Virus record (IMG/VR): IMGVR_UViG_3300038974_000120
Coordinates: 1-25,843 of that record
Direction: 5' to 3' (one strand)
Source: a virus
Taxonomy: Duplodnaviria > Caudoviricetes
DNA length: 25,843 bases
Under the pieces are notes generated by a model that searched no databases, was not told where the DNA came from, and saw nothing but the letters and a program-made list of their open reading frames with translations. Shown here piece after piece: positions 1 to 7,852 of this stretch (the first letter of the stretch is position 1; every line of letters starts with the position of its first letter). The position numbers were made by a program, and so were the translations under genes.

Positions 1-2
1 GG

Positions 3-1265
3 CAGCAGGCTTCCATTGTCTTTGATGTGGCGAAACGCATGGTGGAAATGACGCCTGGTTTGCTAAAGCGAAGCAAGATCATGGGAGCGACAAAGCGGAT
101 TGTGAATTACACCAATGCCGGATTCTATCAGGTGCTTTCTGCTGAAGTTGGTACGAAACACGGCCTGAACGTGAGTGCTCTATGTCTGGATGAGCTGCAT
201 ACGCAGCCTAACAGAAACCTGTTCGACGTTCTCACTAAGGGTTCCGGCGATGCGAGATTGCAGCCGTTGTACTTCCTGATTACTACGGCGGGAACGGATC
301 GGAACAGCATCTGCTATGAGGTCCATAACAAGGCCAAGGATGTGCTGAAGGGAACCCGCATTGATCCGTCCTTCTATCCGGTGCTTTATGGATTGGACGA
401 TGAGGATGACTGGGGCGATGAAAAGAACTGGTATAAGGCAAACCCGTCGCTGGGATACACCATCCAGTTAGACCGGGTGAGGGACGCCTACCGGGAAGCA
501 CTGACCAATCCGGCAGAAGAAAATGTATTCAGGCAACTCCGCCTTGACCAGTGGGTCGGCAGTACAGTGGCCTGGATACCGGAACACATCTATGACCTGG
601 GAGATATCCCGATAGATATAGATCACCTGAAGGGCCGTGAGTGTTACTGCGGGCTGGACCTTTCCAGTACCAGCGACATCACGGCTTTTGTCATGGTGTT
701 CCCTCCGATGAACGAGGGAGATAAATACATTGTGGTGCCGCACTTCTGGCTGCCAAGGGAGACGCTGGATCTTCGAGTCAGGCGGGATCATGTTCCTTAC
801 GATGTCTGGGAGAAACAGGGCCTTTTCCATGTGACGGAGGGTAATGTGGTCGATTACAACTTCGTCCGAAAGACGATCAACGAACTGAACACACTGTTTC
901 ACATCAAGGAGATCGGCGTGGACCGCTGGAACGCTACTCAACTGATCACGGATCTGGAGGGCGACGGTTTCACCATGGTGCCCATTGGAATGGGTTTCAA
1001 GGATATGAGCCCCGGCATGAAGGAATTGTACAAGCTCCTGCTGGAAGGGAAGATCATCCACGGCGGCAATCCGGTGCTTCGCTGGATGGCAGGCAATGTG
1101 GTCGCTGAGATCGATGCGGCGGAGAACATCAAGCCCAGCAAGAAAAAGAGCACGGAGAAGATTGACGGCATCGTTGCCTGGATCATGGGGCTGGACCGTG
1201 CGATCCGTCATGAACAGCAGGGCAGTGTATATGACGATCCGGAGCATGGGCTCTGGGTATTTTGA
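3..1265 (+). CDS. terL: Phage terminase large subunit (5'-truncated by the window edge)
   Basis: The frame is open from position 3 (QQASIVFDVAK...). It has a Walker B-like LCLDELH, the coupling motif ITTAG, the nuclease motif GLDLSST and C-terminal EKIDGIVA, and lies directly upstream of the portal gene. Confidence 0.96.
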   Translation, partial: QQASIVFDVAKRMVEMTPGLLKRSKIMGATKRIVNYTNAGFYQVLSAEVGTKHGLNVSALCLDELHTQPNRNLFDVLTKGSGDARLQPLYFLITTAGTDRNSICYEVHNKAKDVLKGTRIDPSFYPVLYGLDDEDDWGDEKNWYKANPSLGYTIQLDRVRDAYREALTNPAEENVFRQLRLDQWVGSTVAWIPEHIYDLGDIPIDIDHLKGRECYCGLDLSSTSDITAFVMVFPPMNEGDKYIVVPHFWLPRETLDLRVRRDHVPYDVWEKQGLFHVTEGNVVDYNFVRKTINELNTLFHIKEIGVDRWNATQLITDLEGDGFTMVPIGMGFKDMSPGMKELYKLLLEGKIIHGGNPVLRWMAGNVVAEIDAAENIKPSKKKSTEKIDGIVAWIMGLDRAIRHEQQGSVYDDPEHGLWVF

Positions 1266-1276
1266 GGAGGAAGCAT

Positions 1277-2704
1277 ATGGGTTGGAGAGAATGGTTCGGT
1301 TTCAGCAGGCCGAGAGATGCTCCTGGTGAGGAGCTGCCAAAGATCGAAGATAACGTCCGGGATTCGGGAGGCATTTTTGTCTTTGGGCAAACGCTCAGCG
1401 GAGAACGAGTGGACGAAAAGTCTGCCCTGCAGATCGCAACGGTGTATGCCTGTGTGCGGCTCCTGGCGGAGACCGTGGCAAGCCTGCCGCTGCATCTATA
1501 TAAGTTCACTGAAAAGGGCGATGGAAAAGAACGCGCCACAGATCATCCGCTGTATAAGATCCTGTACCGGCAGGCGAATCCGGAGATGACGAGCTTTTCC
1601 TTCCGGGAAGCCATGATGATGCACCTGCTCCTGTGGGGCAATGCCTACGCGCAGATCGTGAGGGATGGCAAGAACGGCATCCTAGGACTTTACCCGCTGC
1701 TCCCGGAAAACGTGGAGATCGATCGGGCGGAGAACGGAGAGCTCTTTTATACCTACCATGCTTACACGGATGAAGTTCCCGGTGAGCATGATAAAGATAT
1801 CATTTTCCAGCGCGACGAAATCCTGCACATCCCCGGTCTCGGCTTCAATGGCCTGGTCGGCTTTTCGCCTATCGCCATGATGAAGAACGCCCTCGGCACA
1901 ACGCTGGCTGTGGAGAAATACGGAAGCTCCTTCTTTAAGAACGGCGCTCAACCGGCCGGTGTGCTGGAACATCCGGGTGTGCTCAAGGATCCACAGAAAA
2001 TCCGGGATAACTGGATGAACGCCTACGGCGGTGCGGGAAATGCCCACAAGGTGGCTGTGCTGGAAGAGGGCATGGCGTATAAACCGATCAGTCTGCCTCC
2101 CGAGGACAGCCAGTTCCTTTCCACCCGTGAGTTCGGCGTGGAAGAAATATGCCGTATCTTCCGGGTGCCTCCGCACATGGTCCAGGACCTTAAACGGGCG
2201 ACCTTTAACAATATCGAGCATCAGTCCATTGACTTCGTGATGCACACGATCATGCCCTGGCTGGTCCGGATCGAGCAGGCTCTGATCAAGGACGTCCTGA
2301 TTGAGGAAGAGCAGGATACGTATTTTCCGAAGTTTAATGTGGATGGCCTTATGCGCGGTGACTATAAGAGCCGCATGGACGGTTATGCGGTGGGCTTTTC
2401 CAATGGCTTTCTTTCTCCAAACGACATCCGCAGGCTGGAAAACATGGACCTGATCCCTGCCGAGGAAGGCGGGGACGATTATTACCTGAACGGCTCCTAC
2501 ACCAAGCTCAAGGATGCGGGTTCCGCCTACGGGAGCAACCAGGTAGCAGAGCTGGAAAAACAACAGGGGGAAGATCCGCCTGAGGAACAGGAAGATACAC
2601 CGGATGAAGAAGAGGCGGAACAGGATGAGAGCAAAAACCATGCCGAGCGTCATACGCAGCGCAAGGCAGAACGACGGGGGCAGAAACCCCAGAAAGGCAG
2701 GTAA
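1277..2704 (+). CDS. Phage portal protein, HK97 family
   Basis: RBS GAGGAGG at 1264-1270 precedes ATG 1277. Motifs include VYACVRLLAETVASLPLHLY, LLWGNAY, GFSPI, EEICRIFRVPPH, TFNNIEHQ and LSPNDIRRLENM. Confidence 0.96.
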   Translation: MGWREWFGFSRPRDAPGEELPKIEDNVRDSGGIFVFGQTLSGERVDEKSALQIATVYACVRLLAETVASLPLHLYKFTEKGDGKERATDHPLYKILYRQANPEMTSFSFREAMMMHLLLWGNAYAQIVRDGKNGILGLYPLLPENVEIDRAENGELFYTYHAYTDEVPGEHDKDIIFQRDEILHIPGLGFNGLVGFSPIAMMKNALGTTLAVEKYGSSFFKNGAQPAGVLEHPGVLKDPQKIRDNWMNAYGGAGNAHKVAVLEEGMAYKPISLPPEDSQFLSTREFGVEEICRIFRVPPHMVQDLKRATFNNIEHQSIDFVMHTIMPWLVRIEQALIKDVLIEEEQDTYFPKFNVDGLMRGDYKSRMDGYAVGFSNGFLSPNDIRRLENMDLIPAEEGGDDYYLNGSYTKLKDAGSAYGSNQVAELEKQQGEDPPEEQEDTPDEEEAEQDESKNHAERHTQRKAERRGQKPQKGR

Positions 2705-2713
2705 ACCGAAGTG

Positions 2714-3622
2714 ATGAAGTTTTGGAACTGGGTTCACGACGACAGCGGCGGCAGGGTTCTCCGCCTGGAAGGGCCGATTGATTCAGAGTCCTTCTGGGGA
2801 GATGAGATTACCCCACAGATGTTCCGTGATGAACTCTATGCGGAGGAGGGTGACATTACCCTCTGGATCAATTCGCCAGGCGGAAACGTGTTTGCTGCAG
2901 CTGAAATCTATACGATGATCCGGGATTACCCCGGCAGTGTGACAGTTCGGATCGCCAGCATTGCGGCATCCGCTGCGTCGGTTGTAGCGATGGCTGGAAA
3001 TCTTGTGCAGATGTCTCCGACGGCGCTTCTCATGATTCACGATCCTTCCACAATCGCCATGGGTAACGCTAAGGACATGGAGAAAGCGATCACGACCCTG
3101 AATGAGGTCAAGGAGAGTATCATCAACGCCTATGCGGCAAAGACGTGTCTTTCCCGGAATCGGATTAGCAAGCTTATGAGTGATGAGACCTGGCTCAATG
3201 CCAAAAAGGCTGTAGAGCTGGGCTTTGCTGACGAGATTCTATTTACGGATAAGCCAAAACCGGAGGAAGAAGCGGAGGAAGACCCGAACGAGAAACCGGA
3301 AGATCCCGACAAGGAGGAAGGCGGAGATGAAGAAGGCGGCAGCGAAGAGGAAAAGAAAAAGCCCTTTGAGCTTGGCGGGACGGATGCCATGTGGCTCTTC
3401 TCCTCGCGGCTTATGGGTGAAACCATCCTTAACCGGCTCGGCGCGGACCGTAAGCCTGAACCGAAAGCCAATGCTGCGGCATCGAAACCTACCGAGGCAG
3501 GGCTGAGTGATCATCCTGTGGAGGACAAGACGGAAATGCCAGTGATCGGCATGAACGGAAAAACGAAAGACGGCGCAATGCCGTATGAAATTCTGAAAGA
3601 CAAGCTGGAGTGGCTGAAATGA
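2714..3622 (+). CDS. ClpP-like prohead maturation protease with an acidic, scaffold-like C-terminal region
   Basis: Motifs INSPGGNV, AASAASVVAMAG (catalytic Ser), MIHDP (His) and ETWLNAKKAVELGFADEI. Located between portal and capsid. Start is GTG 2711 or ATG 2714. Confidence 0.93.
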   Translation: MKFWNWVHDDSGGRVLRLEGPIDSESFWGDEITPQMFRDELYAEEGDITLWINSPGGNVFAAAEIYTMIRDYPGSVTVRIASIAASAASVVAMAGNLVQMSPTALLMIHDPSTIAMGNAKDMEKAITTLNEVKESIINAYAAKTCLSRNRISKLMSDETWLNAKKAVELGFADEILFTDKPKPEEEAEEDPNEKPEDPDKEEGGDEEGGSEEEKKKPFELGGTDAMWLFSSRLMGETILNRLGADRKPEPKANAAASKPTEAGLSDHPVEDKTEMPVIGMNGKTKDGAMPYEILKDKLEWLK

Positions 3623-3640
3623 GCTGCCCCGGCTTTCTTT
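3621..3640 (+). terminator. Weak putative intrinsic terminator or pause hairpin after the protease gene
   Basis: GAGCTG-CCC-CGGCTT (with G-U pairs) followed by TCTTT. Confidence 0.3.
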
Positions 3641-3694
3641 ATACCCAAAATCAAAAAAATGACCGGCGCGAAAGCCGGAGAAAGAGGTCTATCT

Positions 3695-4951
3695 ATGAAT
3701 AAGATTATGGAACTGCGTAACAAGCGCAACACCCTCTGGGAGCAGACCAAGGCTTTTCTGGAGGAGCATCGCGGCGAGAACGGCCTTGTTGAGGCTTCCG
3801 CTGTCGAACAGTATGACCGCATGGCGGCCGATGTGCAGGCTCTCGGCACGGAGATTCAGCGTCTGGAGGAACAGGCGTCTTTTGAAGCTCAGCTTTCTCA
3901 GCCGACTTCCCGGCCTGTCACCAACAAGCCTATGGGCGGGCATAAGGCAGAAAACGTAGCCCCGACCGCGACCGACGAATACGGTAAAGCATTCTGGGAC
4001 ATGATTCGCAATCAGGGCGACCAGTTCGCAGTCCGCAATGCCCTGTCTGTGGGTGAGGATACTGAGGGCGGCTATACCGTACCTGACGAGTTCGAACGTA
4101 AGCTCATCCAGGCGCTGGAGGAGAACAACATTTTCCGTCAGCTGGCAACGGTTATCCGCACCAATTCCGGCACCCGCAAGATCCCCATCGCTAACGATAC
4201 CATGGAGGCGTCCTGGATCGATGAGGGTGAAGAGATTCCTGAGACCAATACCCAGTTCGGCCAGACCACGTTGTCTGCCTACAAGCTGGGCACGATGATC
4301 AAAATCTCCAATGAGCTGCTGCATGATTCCGCTTTCGACCTTGCCAGCTATATCGCTGCCCGTTTCGGTGTGGCGATGGGCAATGCCGAGGAACGCGCCT
4401 TCTTTACCGGCGACGGCGACAAGAAGCCCCTGGGTATCCTGGCTGAGACCGGTGGCGCGGAGCTAGGTGTGACCGCTGCAGATGAAGAGATCGTGACCTT
4501 CGATGAGATCTTCGATCTCTACTACAGCCTTAAGAGCCCTTACCGCCGCAATGCACAGTTCGTCTGTAACGAGACCCTGCTCCTGCAGCTGATGAAGCTG
4601 AAGGACAAGAACGACAACTATATCTGGAAGCCCTCTCTGGATATCGCCAAGCCCGATACCATTCTGGGCCGTCCGATCCGTACCAGCTCCTTCATGCCCG
4701 GCATCGCGGCTGGTGAGCGTGTGCTGCTGTTCGGTGATCTCAAGAACTACTGGGTCGCTGACCGTCAGAACCGTACCTTCCGGAGACTCAACGAGCTGTA
4801 CGCCCGTACTGACCAGGTCGGCTTCATGACCACCCAGCGTGTGGACGGCCGCCTGATTCTTCCGGAGTCCGTGAAGGTTCTGAAGATGGCCGGTACCAAA
4901 GCCGCAAACACCACTCCGACCACTGATCCGGACGACGGCGCGAACGGCTGA
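3695..4951 (+). CDS. Major capsid protein, HK97 fold, with N-terminal coiled-coil delta domain
   Basis: RBS AGAGG at 3683-3687 precedes ATG 3695. Motifs include EGGYTVPDEF, ISNELLHDSAFDL, LKDKNDNYIW, ILGRPI, FGDLKNY and RVDGR. Confidence 0.96.
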   Translation: MNKIMELRNKRNTLWEQTKAFLEEHRGENGLVEASAVEQYDRMAADVQALGTEIQRLEEQASFEAQLSQPTSRPVTNKPMGGHKAENVAPTATDEYGKAFWDMIRNQGDQFAVRNALSVGEDTEGGYTVPDEFERKLIQALEENNIFRQLATVIRTNSGTRKIPIANDTMEASWIDEGEEIPETNTQFGQTTLSAYKLGTMIKISNELLHDSAFDLASYIAARFGVAMGNAEERAFFTGDGDKKPLGILAETGGAELGVTAADEEIVTFDEIFDLYYSLKSPYRRNAQFVCNETLLLQLMKLKDKNDNYIWKPSLDIAKPDTILGRPIRTSSFMPGIAAGERVLLFGDLKNYWVADRQNRTFRRLNELYARTDQVGFMTTQRVDGRLILPESVKVLKMAGTKAANTTPTTDPDDGANG

Positions 4952-4963
4952 TTATAACTAAGC

Positions 4964-4990
4964 GGGAGCTGGGGAAGTACCTCAGCTCCC
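4964..4990 (+). promoter_or_regulatory. Strong intergenic stem-loop after the capsid gene (probable mRNA stabiliser or partial terminator)
   Basis: GGGAGCTGGGG-AAGTA-CCTCAGCTCCC forms an 11-bp stem with one G-U pair. No U-tract follows. Confidence 0.65.
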
Positions 4991-5016
4991 CAAAACTGTG
5001 AAAGGAGGCTTGCTGG

Positions 5017-5358
5017 ATGGGACTGATTACCCTGGCTGAAGCTAAATCGTATCTGAGGGTGGACAGCGTCATGGATGATGACCTGATCGGAAGCCTCCTG
5101 TCCTCAGCGGAGAAAATCACCACGGATGTGGCTCGCATGAGTGCGGCGGAGTGGAGTGCTGTGGGTACCGATGAGACCGTGACCATACGCGGCGCAGATC
5201 TCAATCAGGCGGAGACCGCTCAGCTTAAAGCCCTGCTGATCTCTGCTGTCCTGTATTCCCTTGGATATCTGTATGAGCACCGGGAGCAGGCGGATCATCA
5301 CGATCTGGTGATGACGCTTCGGAACCTGCTGTCCTCTGTCCGGGAGGGGGTGTTCTGA
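5017..5358 (+). CDS. Head-tail connector protein (HK97 gp6-like)
   Basis: Motifs ITLAEAKSYLRVD..DDDLI and AVLYSLGYLYEHRE. RBS AAGGAGG upstream. Follows the capsid gene. Confidence 0.9.
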   Translation: MGLITLAEAKSYLRVDSVMDDDLIGSLLSSAEKITTDVARMSAAEWSAVGTDETVTIRGADLNQAETAQLKALLISAVLYSLGYLYEHREQADHHDLVMTLRNLLSSVREGVF

Positions 5359-5705
5359 TGGAGCGAGACATTGTCCGCTTTAACGAGCGGATCAGCATAC
5401 AGAAGAACACGGTGGTGACCGACAAGTACGGGAACCACAAGAACGTCTGGACGGATTACTATTTCTGCTTCACCTATGCCAGCACTTATCAGTACGACAA
5501 GGAGAATGAGGCGGCTACTACAACAGAGGAGCGGACCATCAACTTTGAGGTGCGGTACTGTGACGAGCTGAAAGATCTGGACAGCACACACTTCCGGGTC
5601 GCTTTCCATGGAGACAGCTACGATATCCAGACGGTGGATTTTATGAACTATCAGAAGAAAACCATCCGGATCGTCTGCAAGCTCCAGAAGAAGGGAGGCG
5701 CGTGA
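5358..5705 (+). CDS. Head closure / head-tail adaptor protein (SPP1 gp16-like)
   Basis: Pattern RISIQK...DKYGN...W...FEVRY...YDIQTV. Start overlaps the previous stop (TGATG). Synteny fits. Confidence 0.82.
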   Translation: MERDIVRFNERISIQKNTVVTDKYGNHKNVWTDYYFCFTYASTYQYDKENEAATTTEERTINFEVRYCDELKDLDSTHFRVAFHGDSYDIQTVDFMNYQKKTIRIVCKLQKKGGA

Positions 5706-6085
5706 TGGGCAGGAGTATTTCCGTGGACGAACTGGCCGATGCAATCAACGAGGGGCTGGAGGAGTATGCGAACCTGACCTCCGACAAAGTGAAATCTGCG
5801 GTGAGGAAGGCTGCGAAGACAGTCAAGGAGGAGATCAATTCTTCCGCGCCTGTTCGTACAGGCCGTTACGCCAAAAGCTGGAAGACCAAGACTACGGCTG
5901 AGAGCAGCAACATGCTGCAGCAGACCGTATACAGTCCGAACCGCTACATGCTGGCGCACCTTTTGGAAAAGGGACACGCCAAGCGCGGTGGAGGCCGGGT
6001 TCGGGCTATTCCGCATATCGCGCCTGCGGAGGAAATGGGTGAGGAGATGCTGGAAGATCTGATCGAGAAAGCGGTAAAGGGGTGA
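5705..6085 (+). CDS. HK97 gp10-like tail completion/neck protein
   Basis: Motifs APVRTGRYAKSW, AHLLEKGH and HIAPA. RBS GGAGG upstream. Synteny fits. Confidence 0.88.
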   Translation: MGRSISVDELADAINEGLEEYANLTSDKVKSAVRKAAKTVKEEINSSAPVRTGRYAKSWKTKTTAESSNMLQQTVYSPNRYMLAHLLEKGHAKRGGGRVRAIPHIAPAEEMGEEMLEDLIEKAVKG

Positions 6086-6091
6086 AAGACC

Positions 6092-6466
6092 GTGACACAC
6101 AATGAAGTAGTAGAGGTGCTGGAGGAGCTTTCACTCCCTATCGCCTATGACCATTTTGCAGAAGGTGAGTCTCCGGACCCGCCTTTTATTTGTTTTCTGT
6201 ATCCGAAAAGCGTCCCGTTCGGGGCGGACAATACCGTGTACTACCAGCTGCACGAACTGGATATCGAGCTGTATACGGATTTGAAAAATCCGCCCCTGGA
6301 GCAGCGGGTGGAGAAGCTCCTCACGGAGCATGAGATGTTCTTCCAGAAATCTGAGGTGTGGATCGAGGAAGAGAAGATGTATGAAGTCCTCTACGAAGTA
6401 ACGCTTGACCTTGAGTACGAGGACGAAAACGAAAATGGCTCCGAGGAGCCGGAAAGTGAGGATTGA
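6092..6466 (+). CDS. Tail terminator / tail completion protein
   Basis: Pattern PIAYDHF..G..PDPPFI...IELYT...WIEEEKMYEVLYE. Lies directly before the major tail gene. GTG start. Confidence 0.78.
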   Translation: MTHNEVVEVLEELSLPIAYDHFAEGESPDPPFICFLYPKSVPFGADNTVYYQLHELDIELYTDLKNPPLEQRVEKLLTEHEMFFQKSEVWIEEEKMYEVLYEVTLDLEYEDENENGSEEPESED

Positions 6467-6470
6467 CCTT

Positions 6471-7100
6471 ATGAGCAAGAAGAAAAATAAGGTGCGTTTC
6501 GGTCTGAAGAATTGCTATTACGCCAAAGCGACCTTCGACGAGGACGGAAACGTCACCTACGATACCCCCAAGCGTCTGCCCGGAGCGGTGAGTCTCTCCC
6601 TGGATCCGGAAGGCGAGAGTGAGAACTTCTATGCGGACGATATCGTATACTACGTTCTCAACAATAACGCGGGCTACGAAGGCGACCTGGAACTGGCCCT
6701 GATTCCCGAGGAATTCCTTAAGGATATCCTGCACGAGGAAGAGGATACCAATGGCGTGCTGTTGGAGAACGCCAACACCACCTATGAGCGTTTCGCCCTG
6801 CTGTTCGAGTTCACCGGCGACCAGCACGCCATCCGCCATGTGTTCTACTGCTGCAGCGCGTCCCGTCCCTCTCAGGAAGGTGACACCAAGGAAGACGAGA
6901 AGGAAGTTAAGACCGAGGAACTGTCCATCATCGCTTCCGCACTGGCCAGCGGTTATGTGAAGGCCAAGTCCAGCATTAACACCAGCAAGGCTGTGTACGA
7001 TGCCTGGTACGACGCAGTGTATATGCCTCCGGCTGAGGCTCCGGAGGAGGAAGAGCAGGGTGGCGAAACCGATGGTGGAGAGACCGAGCCCCAGGGCTGA
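6471..7100 (+). CDS. Major tail (tube) protein, phi13-like family
   Basis: Motifs NKVRFGLKN, PGAVSLSLDP, FYADD, NNAGYEGDLELA, FALLFEF and ASRPS. ATG 6471 is preferred over the TTG 6405 extension. Confidence 0.92.
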   Translation: MSKKKNKVRFGLKNCYYAKATFDEDGNVTYDTPKRLPGAVSLSLDPEGESENFYADDIVYYVLNNNAGYEGDLELALIPEEFLKDILHEEEDTNGVLLENANTTYERFALLFEFTGDQHAIRHVFYCCSASRPSQEGDTKEDEKEVKTEELSIIASALASGYVKAKSSINTSKAVYDAWYDAVYMPPAEAPEEEEQGGETDGGETEPQG

Positions 7101-7107
7101 TCATTAC

Positions 7108-7131
7108 GGCGGGGATGAGATATTCCCCGCC
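7108..7131 (+). promoter_or_regulatory. Stem-loop after the major tail gene (probable mRNA stabiliser)
   Basis: GGCGGGGA-N8-TCCCCGCC forms a perfect 8-bp stem with no U-tract. Confidence 0.6.
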
Positions 7132-7165
7132 TTACCTACATGAATTTTGAGAGGAGATAAAGACC

Positions 7166-7525
7166 ATGGCAGTTACCAAGATGATTGAAATTGATGGCAA
7201 TCCTGTAGAGTTTAAGGCTTCCGCTGCGATCCCCCGTATCTATAGAAACAGGTTCGGACGCGATGTGTACAAGGACCTGATGGTTTTGAACGATACCATC
7301 AAGGATCAGGACGAGGAGGCCTCCACGCTGGACGGGTTCTCTTTGGAGATGTTTGAGGATCTCGCTTACGTCATGTATGCGGCGGCGCATCCGGAGGAGA
7401 AGTACGACGGACCTGATGAATGGCTCGATCAGTTCAACACCTTCAGTATCTATCAGATCCTGCCGGAGCTGATCGACCTGTGGGGCATGAACATTAAGAC
7501 CACGGTTCCCGCAAGAAAAAACTGA
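7166..7525 (+). CDS. Tail assembly chaperone (lambda gpG analogue)
   Basis: RBS GAGGAG upstream. Motifs FKASAAIPRIYR..FGRD and EWLDQFNTFSIYQILP. Lies between major tail and tape measure genes and ends in the slippery sequence A AAA AAC TGA. Confidence 0.88.
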   Translation: MAVTKMIEIDGNPVEFKASAAIPRIYRNRFGRDVYKDLMVLNDTIKDQDEEASTLDGFSLEMFEDLAYVMYAAAHPEEKYDGPDEWLDQFNTFSIYQILPELIDLWGMNIKTTVPARKN

Positions 7526-7560
7526 GAAAGACAGAGCGGCCGATGACAACCGCTCTGTTT
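7516..7560 (+). promoter_or_regulatory. -1 programmed ribosomal frameshift signal
   Basis: Heptamer A AAA AAC (7516-7522) is in frame, followed by a 6-nt spacer and the stem AGACAGAGCGG (7529-7539) / CCGCTCTGTTT (7550-7560). Confidence 0.85.
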
Positions 7561-7707
7561 ATGCTGCGCTGTGTTCAGTTGGGCCTGGATATCGCAGACC
7601 TTGACCTGCTTACCATTGGCCTTGTCAATGACATGTTCAATGAGAGTGGCCGAGACTCCATAGAGTGGCGTGAGGAAGCAACTCAATCTGACATGGACCG
7701 AATCTGA
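7522..7707 (+). CDS. Frameshift extension of the tail assembly chaperone (gpGT analogue); not in the ORF track
   Basis: The -1 frame reads LRKTERPMTTALFMLRCVQLGLDIADLDLLTIGLVNDMFNESGRDSIEWREEATQSDMDRI and stops at TGA 7705-7707. There is an internal ATG at 7543. Confidence 0.82.
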   Translation: MRKTERPMTTALFMLRCVQLGLDIADLDLLTIGLVNDMFNESGRDSIEWREEATQSDMDRI

Positions 7708-7778
7708 GCGAGAGCGGAGGATGTTCCGACAGAATGCGGTGTTCAAAATTATTTTACAATCAGGTTTGTTTCCTCCAC

Positions 7779-7807
7779 TTGACTTTTCCTTTCTCACTCG
7801 CTATAAT
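7779..7807 (+). promoter_or_regulatory. sigma70/SigA-type promoter of moron 1
   Basis: -35 TTGACT (7779-7784), 17-bp spacer, -10 TATAAT (7802-7807). Confidence 0.85.
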
Positions 7808-7852
7808 AAAAAGCGAGAAAGAAAGAGAAAGAAACGAAAGGAGAACGAGCAG

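Noticed and set aside
3-1265. Intein or intron in the terminase or other core genes
   Set aside because: Motif spacing and gene lengths look normal, and no homing-endonuclease or splicing motifs were seen in the visible part.
7085-7140. Frameshift or read-through extension of the major tail or capsid protein (Ig-like decoration)
   Set aside because: No slippery site at either stop codon, and no room for a downstream domain before the next gene.
7670-7852. 61-aa N-terminal extension of moron 1 in the ORF track
   Set aside because: It runs through the promoter and operator. The RBS and domain start support ATG 7853.
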